Positions 46,452 through 54,862 of a DNA stretch of 64,000 bases are shown one piece after another. The notes below the pieces were generated by a model. It saw only the letters and a program-made list of their open reading frames with translations. It was not told the DNA's origin and did not search any database. The translations under genes and the position numbers were made by a program. Source of the DNA: a virus; the IMG/VR virus record IMGVR_UViG_3300046454_000714, positions 1-64,000 of that record; one strand, 5' to 3'. Numbering within the stretch: the stretch's first letter is position 1; the number at the start of each line of letters is the position of its first letter.

Positions 46452-47951
46452 ATGACGACCTTCACCGACGACTTCAACAGGGCCGACGGAAGCCCAGGCG
46501 CCAACTGGACTGCCGTGTCCGGCACCTGGTCGATCGTCTCCAACCAGCTCTCCTCGGGGTCCGCAGGCGGCACCATCGTCATCCGCGCGACCGGCGCAAT
46601 GGCCACCAACGACAACAGCACACAGATCACGATCGCTGCGACCGCAGCGCTCAGTCACGGCGTGTTCTGCCGCGGTAACACGGGCTTCACGCAGGGCTAT
46701 CTGTGGCGCAACGACGGCACGAGCTGGAACCTCTTCTCGAACGTGGGCGGCAGCTTCACCTCCATCGGCTCCTTCGCCGGAGCAGCCGTCGCAGGCGACA
46801 TCGCCAAGGTCCAGGCGATCGGATCGACGATCACCGGCTACGTCAACGGCGTCGCCCGCGTCACCGTCACCAACACGGCCGTCACCACCGGTACGACCGT
46901 CGGCATTCGCGCCGAGTCGAGCAACTCGCTGAGGTTCGACAACTTCACCGGCGCTGACGCCACCTCCGGAGTCTCCGGCGATGCGGCACTGGCTGCCACC
47001 GCCACGCTCTCCGCAACCGGCACCCGCTCCACCAGTGGTGACGCGGCCCTGGCCTCCACCGCAGCCTTCACCGCGGCGGGCGTGCGGTCCACCACTGCCG
47101 ACGCAGCCCTCAACACGACGGCCACCCTGGCCGCTTCGGGAATCCGTACCACAGCAGGCGATGCGGCACTCACGGCCACAGCCAGCCTCACCGCATCCGG
47201 GGTGCGCACCACCAGTGGCGACAGCGGACTGACCGCCACGGCCAGCCTCACCGCCAGCGGAACCCGCTCGACATCCACCGGCGCGGCCCTCGCCGCAACG
47301 GCAGCCCTGACTGCGAGCGGAGCCGTAACCACCAACGGCGACGCCGCCCTTGCAGCGACGGCAACCCTGACCGCCGCCGGGCAGCGGACGACGGCCGGCG
47401 ATACCGCCCTCACCGCCACCGCATCGTTCACGGCGGACGGGCAGCGCACCACTACCGCCGACGCGGGCCTCGCAGCCACCGCCTCCCTATCCGCGAGTGG
47501 CACCCGCAGCGCCGCGGCCGACGCCAGCCTCGCCGCAACGGCAGACCTGACCGCGCAGGGACAGGTCACCCACAATGCTGCCGCCGCCCTCGCAGCCACA
47601 GCCACCTTCACGGCCGACGGAAGCATCGGCGCGGCGCCAGTCGCCGGGGACGCCGCCCTGAACGCGGCGGCCACCTTCACTGCGGCCGGTATCCGGACGG
47701 CATCTGCGGCAGCCAGCCTCACCGTGACCGCGGCACTCACCGCAGCAGGCACCACGACGCTCGCAGGCACGGCAGGCATTGCCGTCACGGCCACGCTCAC
47801 AGCGAGCGGGACAGTGCAGTCCGCCCACGACGACATCGACGTCACCGTTGGCGCTCCCTACAGCCCGTGGTCCGTCGGTGCTCCGCAGCGTGAGGCGTGG
47901 CCCGTGGCCGAACCGCAGCACGCACCCTGGCTCGTCGGCCAACCCCAGTGA
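46452..47951 (+). CDS. putative virion fibre: lectin-like head plus Ala/Thr repeat shaft
   Basis: FTDDFNRAD...W....G.W.I, YVNG, FDNF domain followed by about 14 20-aa repeats. Confidence 0.7.
   Translation: MTTFTDDFNRADGSPGANWTAVSGTWSIVSNQLSSGSAGGTIVIRATGAMATNDNSTQITIAATAALSHGVFCRGNTGFTQGYLWRNDGTSWNLFSNVGGSFTSIGSFAGAAVAGDIAKVQAIGSTITGYVNGVARVTVTNTAVTTGTTVGIRAESSNSLRFDNFTGADATSGVSGDAALAATATLSATGTRSTSGDAALASTAAFTAAGVRSTTADAALNTTATLAASGIRTTAGDAALTATASLTASGVRTTSGDSGLTATASLTASGTRSTSTGAALAATAALTASGAVTTNGDAALAATATLTAAGQRTTAGDTALTATASFTADGQRTTTADAGLAATASLSASGTRSAAADASLAATADLTAQGQVTHNAAAALAATATFTADGSIGAAPVAGDAALNAAATFTAAGIRTASAAASLTVTAALTAAGTTTLAGTAGIAVTATLTASGTVQSAHDDIDVTVGAPYSPWSVGAPQREAWPVAEPQHAPWLVGQPQ
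46977..47822 (+). repeat. about 14 x 60-bp degenerate coding tandem repeat
   Basis: Unit GDAALAATATLTA.G.RTT. Confidence 0.8.
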
Positions 47952-47962
47952 AGGCGGTGGAC

Positions 47963-48262
47963 ATGCAACTCCCCGCCACCACCACCGAGTTCATCCACGT
48001 CCCCGTCACCCCACCGGTCGGAGTCGACGTCACCGGCACCCCGCCCAAGCTGGCAATCCTGCCCGTGTCCAATCGGGCCAACCCGGCGGCCGGCGACTGG
48101 ATGACCGGGACGTGGGGCGCCGGACCGGAAGCGTTGCTCCTCGTCGGACCCGACGGTGGGGCGGTCGCGCTCACCGTCGGCGACTACCGGGTCTACGTGT
48201 CCTTCGATCCGCCCGGCAGCGAAAACATCGTCCGCCAGTCCGGCTACCTCAGCATCACCTGA
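47963..48262 (+). CDS. putative Ig-like virion protein
   Basis: LLVGPDGG...L..GDY.VYV......E. Confidence 0.65.
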   Translation: MQLPATTTEFIHVPVTPPVGVDVTGTPPKLAILPVSNRANPAAGDWMTGTWGAGPEALLLVGPDGGAVALTVGDYRVYVSFDPPGSENIVRQSGYLSIT

Positions 48263-48279
48263 ACGCCCACCCCATCACG

Positions 48280-48354
48280 CCTGCGGCCAGCTACCGCAGG
48301 AAGGAAACCCCGGCGTTCCTGGCGCCGGGGTTTCCGCACACCCAGGAGACGAAC
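48280..48354 (+). promoter_or_regulatory. structured leader element, copy 1
   Basis: Hairpin CTGCGG-CCAGCTA-CCGCAG then 13-bp hairpin with loop TTCCTGG complementary to CCAGGAG (SD). Confidence 0.6.
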
Positions 48355-48957
48355 ATGGCCCGCATGCAGATCCTCCAACTCCCCGCAGGTGCCGGAGACG
48401 ACCGGCCGCCCTTCGTGCTCGTCGTCGACGAGTACCAGCCCCGGCGCTACGTTCTCGGCACCGGCCAGACCGAGCAGATCGTCGGCGAGTTCGACGGCAT
48501 TGCCGAACGCATCGGCGCCCGCGCTGTGCTCACCTTCGTCGAAACCGTCGACATCCCTGCCAGCGAGAACGCCGTACAGGCCGAACCCCTGTCGCACGTC
48601 GACGACTTCACGGACCTCAGCGAAGCCAAGCAGCTGATCGTTGCGTGCGACGAGGCCCGCATGTGGGCGCGTCACGGCTACGAGATCGGCCAACGCCACT
48701 GCGGCTGGTCAGACCACGGCGTCGCACCCGACTGGCTCACCGAAGGCTGGCCGTACAGCTTCGACTCCTGCGAACACCTCAAGCAGGCTGCGGAGTTGGA
48801 TGAAGCCGTCACCCGCGTGCGTGCCGTGTCGACCGAGCCGGAGGCCATGAACGCCCATCAGGAGCGGGCCGACGTCTGGAGGAACGGCTACGAACTCGGT
48901 GTCCTCGCGGCGAAGTCCGCCCTTCGACCGCGCAACGAGCCGACGGCGAAGCCGTGA
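48355..48957 (+). CDS. hypothetical protein
   Basis: AGGAG RBS; MARMQILQLP..PFVLVVD. Confidence 0.7.
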   Translation: MARMQILQLPAGAGDDRPPFVLVVDEYQPRRYVLGTGQTEQIVGEFDGIAERIGARAVLTFVETVDIPASENAVQAEPLSHVDDFTDLSEAKQLIVACDEARMWARHGYEIGQRHCGWSDHGVAPDWLTEGWPYSFDSCEHLKQAAELDEAVTRVRAVSTEPEAMNAHQERADVWRNGYELGVLAAKSALRPRNEPTAKP

Positions 48958-49403
48958 GAAACGGCATGATGCCGTCCACCGCAGCACTCGCAGCCACCTT
49001 CTGGGCGCTCGTCGGCTGGGCGCTCGTCGCCCTAGCGGTCGCCTCGCAGTTCAGCGGGAACCCAATCGCCGTCAGCGACACCGTCGGCGCAGGCGCAGGG
49101 GCGCTGGTCTTCAACTGTTTCGCATGGATCGCATGGACCAGTCGAACGAGGCCTACTCCCGCGCTGCCGCCGCGCCCGAACTACACGACGATCGCCGTCC
49201 TCGAACACGACCTGCTCGGCATCCCGCCCGAGCCCGGAACGGTGGCAGCCGCCGTCATCGGGTTGCGCAAGGCGGTCGCGAACTGCACGGCACACCAGCC
49301 CGTCGACCTCACCACGCTCGGCCAGGTCGGACGGCGAGGCGTGTGCACGCGCTGCGGATGCGACATGGTGCAGAACGGCGACGGCGAATGGGCCAAGACG
49401 TGA
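48954..49403 (+). CDS. membrane protein
   Basis: Two TM helices, coupling. Confidence 0.6.
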   Translation: MRNGMMPSTAALAATFWALVGWALVALAVASQFSGNPIAVSDTVGAGAGALVFNCFAWIAWTSRTRPTPALPPRPNYTTIAVLEHDLLGIPPEPGTVAAAVIGLRKAVANCTAHQPVDLTTLGQVGRRGVCTRCGCDMVQNGDGEWAKT

Positions 49404-49651
49404 AGAAGCGCAAGGCGCCCAACCGGCAGCTCCGCGGACCGCGCGCCACACTGCCCCGCACCGAGACGCCCGAGCCACCGCCATGCGGACCCAACCCGTA
49501 CCCCGAAGTCAGCAGCGACCCATGGTGGGCGCACAACAGCCACGCCTGCACCTGCTGGCACCAGCACGACGAATGCCCATGCAGCCTCGCAGCCCACGAA
49601 GCGAGCCACCTCGCAGCCGACTGCCCCTGCAAGTTCTACGGAGAACGATGA
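49400..49651 (+). CDS. Cys/His-rich hypothetical protein
   Basis: Coupled at both ends. Confidence 0.5.
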   Translation: MKKRKAPNRQLRGPRATLPRTETPEPPPCGPNPYPEVSSDPWWAHNSHACTCWHQHDECPCSLAAHEASHLAADCPCKFYGER

Positions 49652-49953
49652 CCGCCAACCCGGCAGGCCTCACCTACACCCTCCACGTCGCCACGACAGA
49701 CGGACGCCTCGCCATGGTCGACATCACCGACGCCGTCACCCGCGCCCACTTCGTAGTCACCCAGCCCGACGGCACACTCGGCATCACCGGCATCCACGAC
49801 GCACTACCCGGAGACGCCGACGCCAGCGCCGCCCACCGCATCATGCTCGTCACCTGCCAGAACCCGGCAGGCAACGGCCAAGTCCCCATCGCCGTCGACC
49901 CCGAAGCCGCGCGAGTGCTCGACGTCATCGAGGCGCAGCGGGCCAACGCCTGA
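49648..49953 (+). CDS. hypothetical protein
   Basis: GGAG RBS, coupling. Confidence 0.6.
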   Translation: MTANPAGLTYTLHVATTDGRLAMVDITDAVTRAHFVVTQPDGTLGITGIHDALPGDADASAAHRIMLVTCQNPAGNGQVPIAVDPEAARVLDVIEAQRANA

Positions 49954-50029
49954 CGCTGACCTGATCAGTCACCTCACGTCGGCCAACCACTAACCCCCAA
50001 GCCGGACAGACTGCGGACGGGGGAGCGCG

Positions 50030-50212
50030 ATGGATACCGAGACGCGAGTGTGCACGTTCCTCGCTGCCGCCTCCTGGCTTGTGGCCGTAGTCGCTCTCAT
50101 CGATTGGGCTCTGGGCAACTCGACCGCTCCCGCAGGGATCGTCACCTTCGCTCTCGTGGGCGCAGTCCTGACCCTTGTAGCGGTGACGCTGCGGAAGCAG
50201 GACGGGCGCTGA
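50030..50212 (+). CDS. small 2-TM membrane protein
   Basis: GGGGAG RBS, two hydrophobic helices. Confidence 0.55.
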   Translation: MDTETRVCTFLAAASWLVAVVALIDWALGNSTAPAGIVTFALVGAVLTLVAVTLRKQDGR

Positions 50213-50601
50213 TGCCCAGACGAACCGGATGGCGCGTCTGCTCAACACCCGACTGCCCCGAGTTCAGTGACAAGGGCGGACGCTGCGACGACCACCGTCG
50301 CGAAGCTGAACAACGGCGAGGCACCGCACGACAGCGCGGCTACACCGGCGAACACGAGACCAGGTTCCGGCCCGCAGTCCTAGCCCGCGACCCCATCTGC
50401 GTCTGCCCCGGCTGCAACCAGTGCACCATCCCCGGCGAATGCTGCGACCGCGCCAGCATCCACGCAGACCACTGGCCCATCGACCGACGCGACCTCGTCG
50501 CACAAGGCCTCGACGCCAACGACCCCAAGCACGGCCGCGGCCTCTGCCCCCACTGCCACGGCAGCGCCACCGCCCAACACCAAGGGCCCTGGTTCACCTA
50601 G
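50212..50601 (+). CDS. HNH endonuclease (terminase-associated type)
   Basis: C....C......RC..H, TARQRGY, VL.RDP.C, ADH, GLC..CH..T. Confidence 0.85.
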   Translation: MPRRTGWRVCSTPDCPEFSDKGGRCDDHRREAEQRRGTARQRGYTGEHETRFRPAVLARDPICVCPGCNQCTIPGECCDRASIHADHWPIDRRDLVAQGLDANDPKHGRGLCPHCHGSATAQHQGPWFT

Positions 50602-50604
50602 CAC

Positions 50605-50677
50605 CCTGCGGCCAGCTACCGCAGACAGGACGCCCCGAGCCTCCCGGCCCGGGGCGTCCGCCATTCCGGGAGACGGC
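50605..50677 (+). promoter_or_regulatory. structured leader element, copy 2
   Basis: Identical 20-mer CCTGCGGCCAGCTACCGCAG, second hairpin with loop CTCCCGG complementary to CCGGGAG. Confidence 0.6.
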
Positions 50678-51202
50678 ATGACCAGCACAACGCGTGCGCG
50701 CATCACCACCTGTACCAAGCCCGGATGCGGCCGACCTCATCGGGCCCGAGGCCTGTGCTCCACCTGCTACAACCGCACGTACCAACCCAACCGGCACGCT
50801 GCCGTGCCCACCACGTGCACCGCATGCGGCGCCTCGATGCGGCGGCCACGCAAGGCCGACCGCCGGCCCACCTGCTCCATAGCCTGCCGCCGCATCGTGC
50901 AGTTCGGACCAGCAGCCGCACGGACAGGCAGCTACGACTGGAGCACTGATGCGGCGAAGCGGGCAGAGCTTGCCGGCGCCGCGGTCATCGACCGGTTCGA
51001 CCGACTCCAGGTCTTCGAGCGCGACGGCTGGGTCTGCTACCGGTGCGAGCGGTCGACCGACCCGGACGCCTCCCCGTTCGACGTGACGAGCCCGACCGTC
51101 GACCATGTCGTGCCGCTATCGAAGGGCGGCGAGCACACCCTGGCCAACGTCCGCTGCTGCTGCCTGGGCTGCAACAGCTCCAAGCAGGACCACGCAGCGT
51201 AG
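50678..51202 (+). CDS. HNH endonuclease
   Basis: ARGLC..CY, VFERDGWVC..C, TVDHVVPLSKGGEHT..NV...C..CN..K. Confidence 0.9.
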   Translation: MTSTTRARITTCTKPGCGRPHRARGLCSTCYNRTYQPNRHAAVPTTCTACGASMRRPRKADRRPTCSIACRRIVQFGPAAARTGSYDWSTDAAKRAELAGAAVIDRFDRLQVFERDGWVCYRCERSTDPDASPFDVTSPTVDHVVPLSKGGEHTLANVRCCCLGCNSSKQDHAA

Positions 51203-51403
51203 CCAAAGCCGTGGCTGAGGGTGGGGGGTTGGGGTATCGATCCGGACAAATCCGGACCTTCGGGGAGGGACCTCGGAATCCATACGGGTCGCCAAATTCA
51301 AACGATCTTCGACGTGATCTTCAAGTGTGACCCTCTGTGACATTCGCCGTGCCGCAACGGCAGGCGTGAGTGCGTGCCGCAACGGCACTGAGGAGTGATC
51401 GAT

Positions 51404-51859
51404 ATGCCCGCCAATGGACCACTGCCGAAGGACCCCGGTCAGCGACGCCGGCGCAACGCCGACTTCGTAGCACCGACGACCCTTCCGGCCGACGGGCCTG
51501 ACGGACCGACCCCTGAACTGCCAGGCGGCCACGACTACGACAGTCGCACGCTCGCCTGGTACGAGACGTGGCGGAACAGCCCGCAGGCTGCAACGTTCCT
51601 GATGACGGACTGGCAGCGGCTGCACATGCTGGCCGAGCTGGTTCAGCAGTACTGGGAGGAACCCAGGAAGGATCTGCTCTCGGAGATCCGGCTGAATGAG
51701 GCTTCCCTCGGAGGCACGGCCGCAGACCGCATTCGGCTTCGCTGGACCGTTGCCGAGCCGGACATCGAGCCCGCTGTACGCCGTTCTGCCGGCGCCCGCG
51801 GTGGGGCTTCTCGCCGTGACCGGGTTCTGAAGGTCGTCGATGGCCAGGCGGATAGCTGA
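51404..51859 (+). CDS. terS: terminase small subunit
   Basis: GP.PK....RRRN, WYETWR.SPQA, EIRL.E..LG.T..DR.RLR; position. Confidence 0.85.
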   Translation: MPANGPLPKDPGQRRRRNADFVAPTTLPADGPDGPTPELPGGHDYDSRTLAWYETWRNSPQAATFLMTDWQRLHMLAELVQQYWEEPRKDLLSEIRLNEASLGGTAADRIRLRWTVAEPDIEPAVRRSAGARGGASRRDRVLKVVDGQADS

Positions 51860-53459
51860 CCCGGACCGCTTCACCTCGCTCGGCTTCGAGGCCATCGACT
51901 GGATCGAGCACTACCTCTGCCACGGGCCCGGCGACGTACAGGGCGAGCCGTTGCTCATCGACGACGAGATGGCCGCCTTCATCGCCAAGGCTTACCAGCT
52001 CGACCCGGTGACGGGCCGCCGCAAGGTCAACCGTGCGTTCCTGTCCCGACCGAAGGGCCGGGCCAAGAGCGAACTCGCCGGCGCGCTGGTGTGTTTTGAG
52101 GCCCTGGGGCCGTGCCGCTTCGACGGCTGGGATGCCGAGAGCGACCCGGTAGGCCGCGCACAGGTGTACCCGTTCATCCGCTGCCTCGCGACGGAAGAGA
52201 ACCAGGCGGGCAACACCTACGACAACGTCACCGCGATGCTGGAGCACCTCGTCGAGAACTTCGGCGACGAGTTCCCAGGCATCGACTTGGGTCGTTCGGC
52301 GCAGACATCGAGCCGCATCTTCATCGAGGGCGGCGGCGAGATCGTGCCGTCGACATCGTCGGGCGCGGCCAAGGATGGTGGCAAGGAGACGTTCGCCGTC
52401 TTCGATGAGATCCACCTCTACGTCCATCCCGAGTTGCGGGCGATGCACAAGACGGTGCGCCGCAACCTGGTGAAGCGGCGCAGGGCCGAGCCGTGGTCGC
52501 TGGAGACATCGACGATGTATGCGGTCGGCGAGAACTCGGTAGCTGAGGCGACGCACGAGTACCACAAGGCGGTCGTCTCGGGCCGGGTGCGCGACGGCGG
52601 CCTGCTCTTCGACCACCGCGAGGCCCCGCACGTCGAGGATCTGCACGACGACGACCAGCTCATGCCCGCGCTGGAGTTCGTGTACGGCGACGCGGCGAAG
52701 TGGATGGACCTGGAGCGGATCGCCAGCGACATGCGCGAGCCCGACACCGATCCGGCAGACGCCCGGCGCTACTTCCTCAACCAGCCCGGCACTGCCTCGG
52801 CGAAGGCCTTCGACCCGGGCCGCTGGCGGGAGTTGGCGGACTCGCGCTTCATCGTTCCGGCGAAGGAAGCGATCTCGATCGGCTTCGACGGCTCGAAGTG
52901 GAGCGACTCAACGGGCTTTGTGGCAACCCAGCTGGATACGGGCCACCAATGGGTGCTCGGCGTCTGGGAGTCGCCGGCGAACAAGCAGGAAGCCGAGTCG
53001 TGGGAAGTCCCTGAGGTCGAGGTCAACGCCGTCCTGGATGACGCGATGAACACGTGGCGGGTCGTGCGCCTGTACGCGGACCCGGCGTACTACGAGGAGA
53101 CGATCGCGGGCTGGGCCGGCAAGTACGGCCCGAAGGTGGTCACCGAGTGGTGGACGCACCGGCGCCGGCAGATGGCGTTCGCCCTGCGCGCGTACAAGAC
53201 GGCGATGACGGGCGGCGAGCTGTCGCACGACGGCAGTGACGCCTTCGCACGGCACATCGCCCAGGCGGTGAAGCGGAACGCGGGTGTGAAGGACGACGAG
53301 GGCAAGCCGATGTGGGTGATCCAGAAGGATCGCCACGATTCGCCCCGAAAGATCGACCTCGCGATGGCGGGCTGCCTGTCCTGGGAGGCCAGGCGGGACG
53401 CGATCAAGGCGGGCGGCAACGAGCCGCCGCGCTCCCGGAAAACAACTGTGATGCGCTGA
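51840..53459 (+). CDS. terL: terminase large subunit
   Basis: RPKGRAKSE, Walker B VFDE.H, RRYFLNQ, IGFDGS..SDST, KIDLAMA. Confidence 0.95.
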   Translation: MARRIADPDRFTSLGFEAIDWIEHYLCHGPGDVQGEPLLIDDEMAAFIAKAYQLDPVTGRRKVNRAFLSRPKGRAKSELAGALVCFEALGPCRFDGWDAESDPVGRAQVYPFIRCLATEENQAGNTYDNVTAMLEHLVENFGDEFPGIDLGRSAQTSSRIFIEGGGEIVPSTSSGAAKDGGKETFAVFDEIHLYVHPELRAMHKTVRRNLVKRRRAEPWSLETSTMYAVGENSVAEATHEYHKAVVSGRVRDGGLLFDHREAPHVEDLHDDDQLMPALEFVYGDAAKWMDLERIASDMREPDTDPADARRYFLNQPGTASAKAFDPGRWRELADSRFIVPAKEAISIGFDGSKWSDSTGFVATQLDTGHQWVLGVWESPANKQEAESWEVPEVEVNAVLDDAMNTWRVVRLYADPAYYEETIAGWAGKYGPKVVTEWWTHRRRQMAFALRAYKTAMTGGELSHDGSDAFARHIAQAVKRNAGVKDDEGKPMWVIQKDRHDSPRKIDLAMAGCLSWEARRDAIKAGGNEPPRSRKTTVMR

Positions 53460-53474
53460 CGACGGGGGTGACCT

Positions 53475-54860
53475 ATGGCCCTCGATCTGGAACCGGATGC
53501 CTGGTTGAAGCGGCTGATCCACTGCCATGACGGTGACCTGCCGCAGTTGAGGCTGATGGACAGCTACTACGAGGGCACGCAGCCTCTGTCGTATTTGGCT
53601 CCGGAGATTCAGTCGGAACTCTCGGACCGGATGCGCCAACTGGTCATCAACTGGCCGCAGTTGGTCGTGGATGCCTTGGATGAGCGTCTGGACGTCGAGG
53701 GCTTCCGGTACGCGGACTCCGAGACGACCGCGGCGGATCTGTGGGACGTGTGGCAGGCCTCCGACATGGACGAGGGTTCGCAGCAGGCCCACGTGGATGC
53801 TCTGGCCCTGAAACGCTCCTACGTGATCATCGGCGCGAATGAGGACGACGAGGCGAACCCGATCGTGACCGCGGAGTCGGCGCTGGAGGTGTTCGCGGAG
53901 AGGGATCCGCGGACTCGCCAGGTGGTGGCGGCGGTGAAGCGTTGGGATGAGCCGTCGGCGGCCGGGTCGGCGCCGGTGAAGTGGGCGACGCTGTATCTGC
54001 CGAATGCGCGGATGACGTTCGAGCAGCAGAAGGGCGCTTGGGTCGAGGTCGACCGGGATGAGCACAACCTCGGCGAGGTGCTGGTTGTTCCGTTGGCGAA
54101 CCGGCCGCGACTGCGGCACCTGGATGGCACGTCCGAACTCCGCTCGGTCATCCCGATCTCGGACGCGGCCTGCAAGATCGCCTCGGACATGATGGTCAGC
54201 GCGGAGTATCACGCGATGCCGCGCCGGTGGGCGACGGGCATGTCGCGTGACGACTTCGCCGACGAGAACGGGCAACCGCTGGGCGCGATGTCGGCGCTGG
54301 CAGGCCGCATGTGGACGAACGAGAGCAACGAGGTGAAGTTCGGGCAGTTCCAGGAGGCCCAGCTCTCCAACTTCCACGAAACGATCAACGTTCTCGCCCG
54401 CCTGGTGGCCGCGATCACGGGCCTGCCTCCCGCATTCCTCGGCCTGGCGACGGATCAGCCTCCGTCTGCGGATGCGATCCGCGCGTCGGAGGCCCGCCTG
54501 GTGAAGCGCGCGGAGCGCCGTCAGCGTGCGTTCGGCGAAGCCTGGGAGCGGGTCATGCGCCTCGTTCTCCTGGTGCGGGACGGCGAGTTGGACCCGCGGA
54601 CCCGCAAGCTCGAAACCGTGTGGCGGGATCCGTCGACGCCGACGTTCGCGCAGAAGGCCGACGCGGTCGTCAAGCTGCACGCCTCCGGCATTCTGCCGAC
54701 GGAGCAGGCGTGGGAGGACTTGGGCTACAGCGCAGTGCAGCGGGCCCGGATGCGGGGCATGCAGGACGATGCCCTGACCCGGATGACGGCCATGGACCTG
54801 CACCAGATGTCGACAGCCCAGGATCCGGCGCCCGTTGAGGCGCCTCCCGTCGGCGGCTGA
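53475..54860 (+). CDS. portal protein (SPP1 gp6-like)
   Basis: YYEG.QPL, NWP.LVVDA..ERL, SADAIRA.E..LV. Confidence 0.92.
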   Translation: MALDLEPDAWLKRLIHCHDGDLPQLRLMDSYYEGTQPLSYLAPEIQSELSDRMRQLVINWPQLVVDALDERLDVEGFRYADSETTAADLWDVWQASDMDEGSQQAHVDALALKRSYVIIGANEDDEANPIVTAESALEVFAERDPRTRQVVAAVKRWDEPSAAGSAPVKWATLYLPNARMTFEQQKGAWVEVDRDEHNLGEVLVVPLANRPRLRHLDGTSELRSVIPISDAACKIASDMMVSAEYHAMPRRWATGMSRDDFADENGQPLGAMSALAGRMWTNESNEVKFGQFQEAQLSNFHETINVLARLVAAITGLPPAFLGLATDQPPSADAIRASEARLVKRAERRQRAFGEAWERVMRLVLLVRDGELDPRTRKLETVWRDPSTPTFAQKADAVVKLHASGILPTEQAWEDLGYSAVQRARMRGMQDDALTRMTAMDLHQMSTAQDPAPVEAPPVGG

Positions 54861-54862
54861 TC

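Noticed and set aside
46977-47822. Possible non-coding repeat array or DGR template
   Set aside because: Degenerate in-frame coding repeats; no reverse transcriptase or adenine-specific variation seen
50030-50212. Holin
   Set aside because: Two TM helices only and no adjacent endolysin, so it cannot be supported
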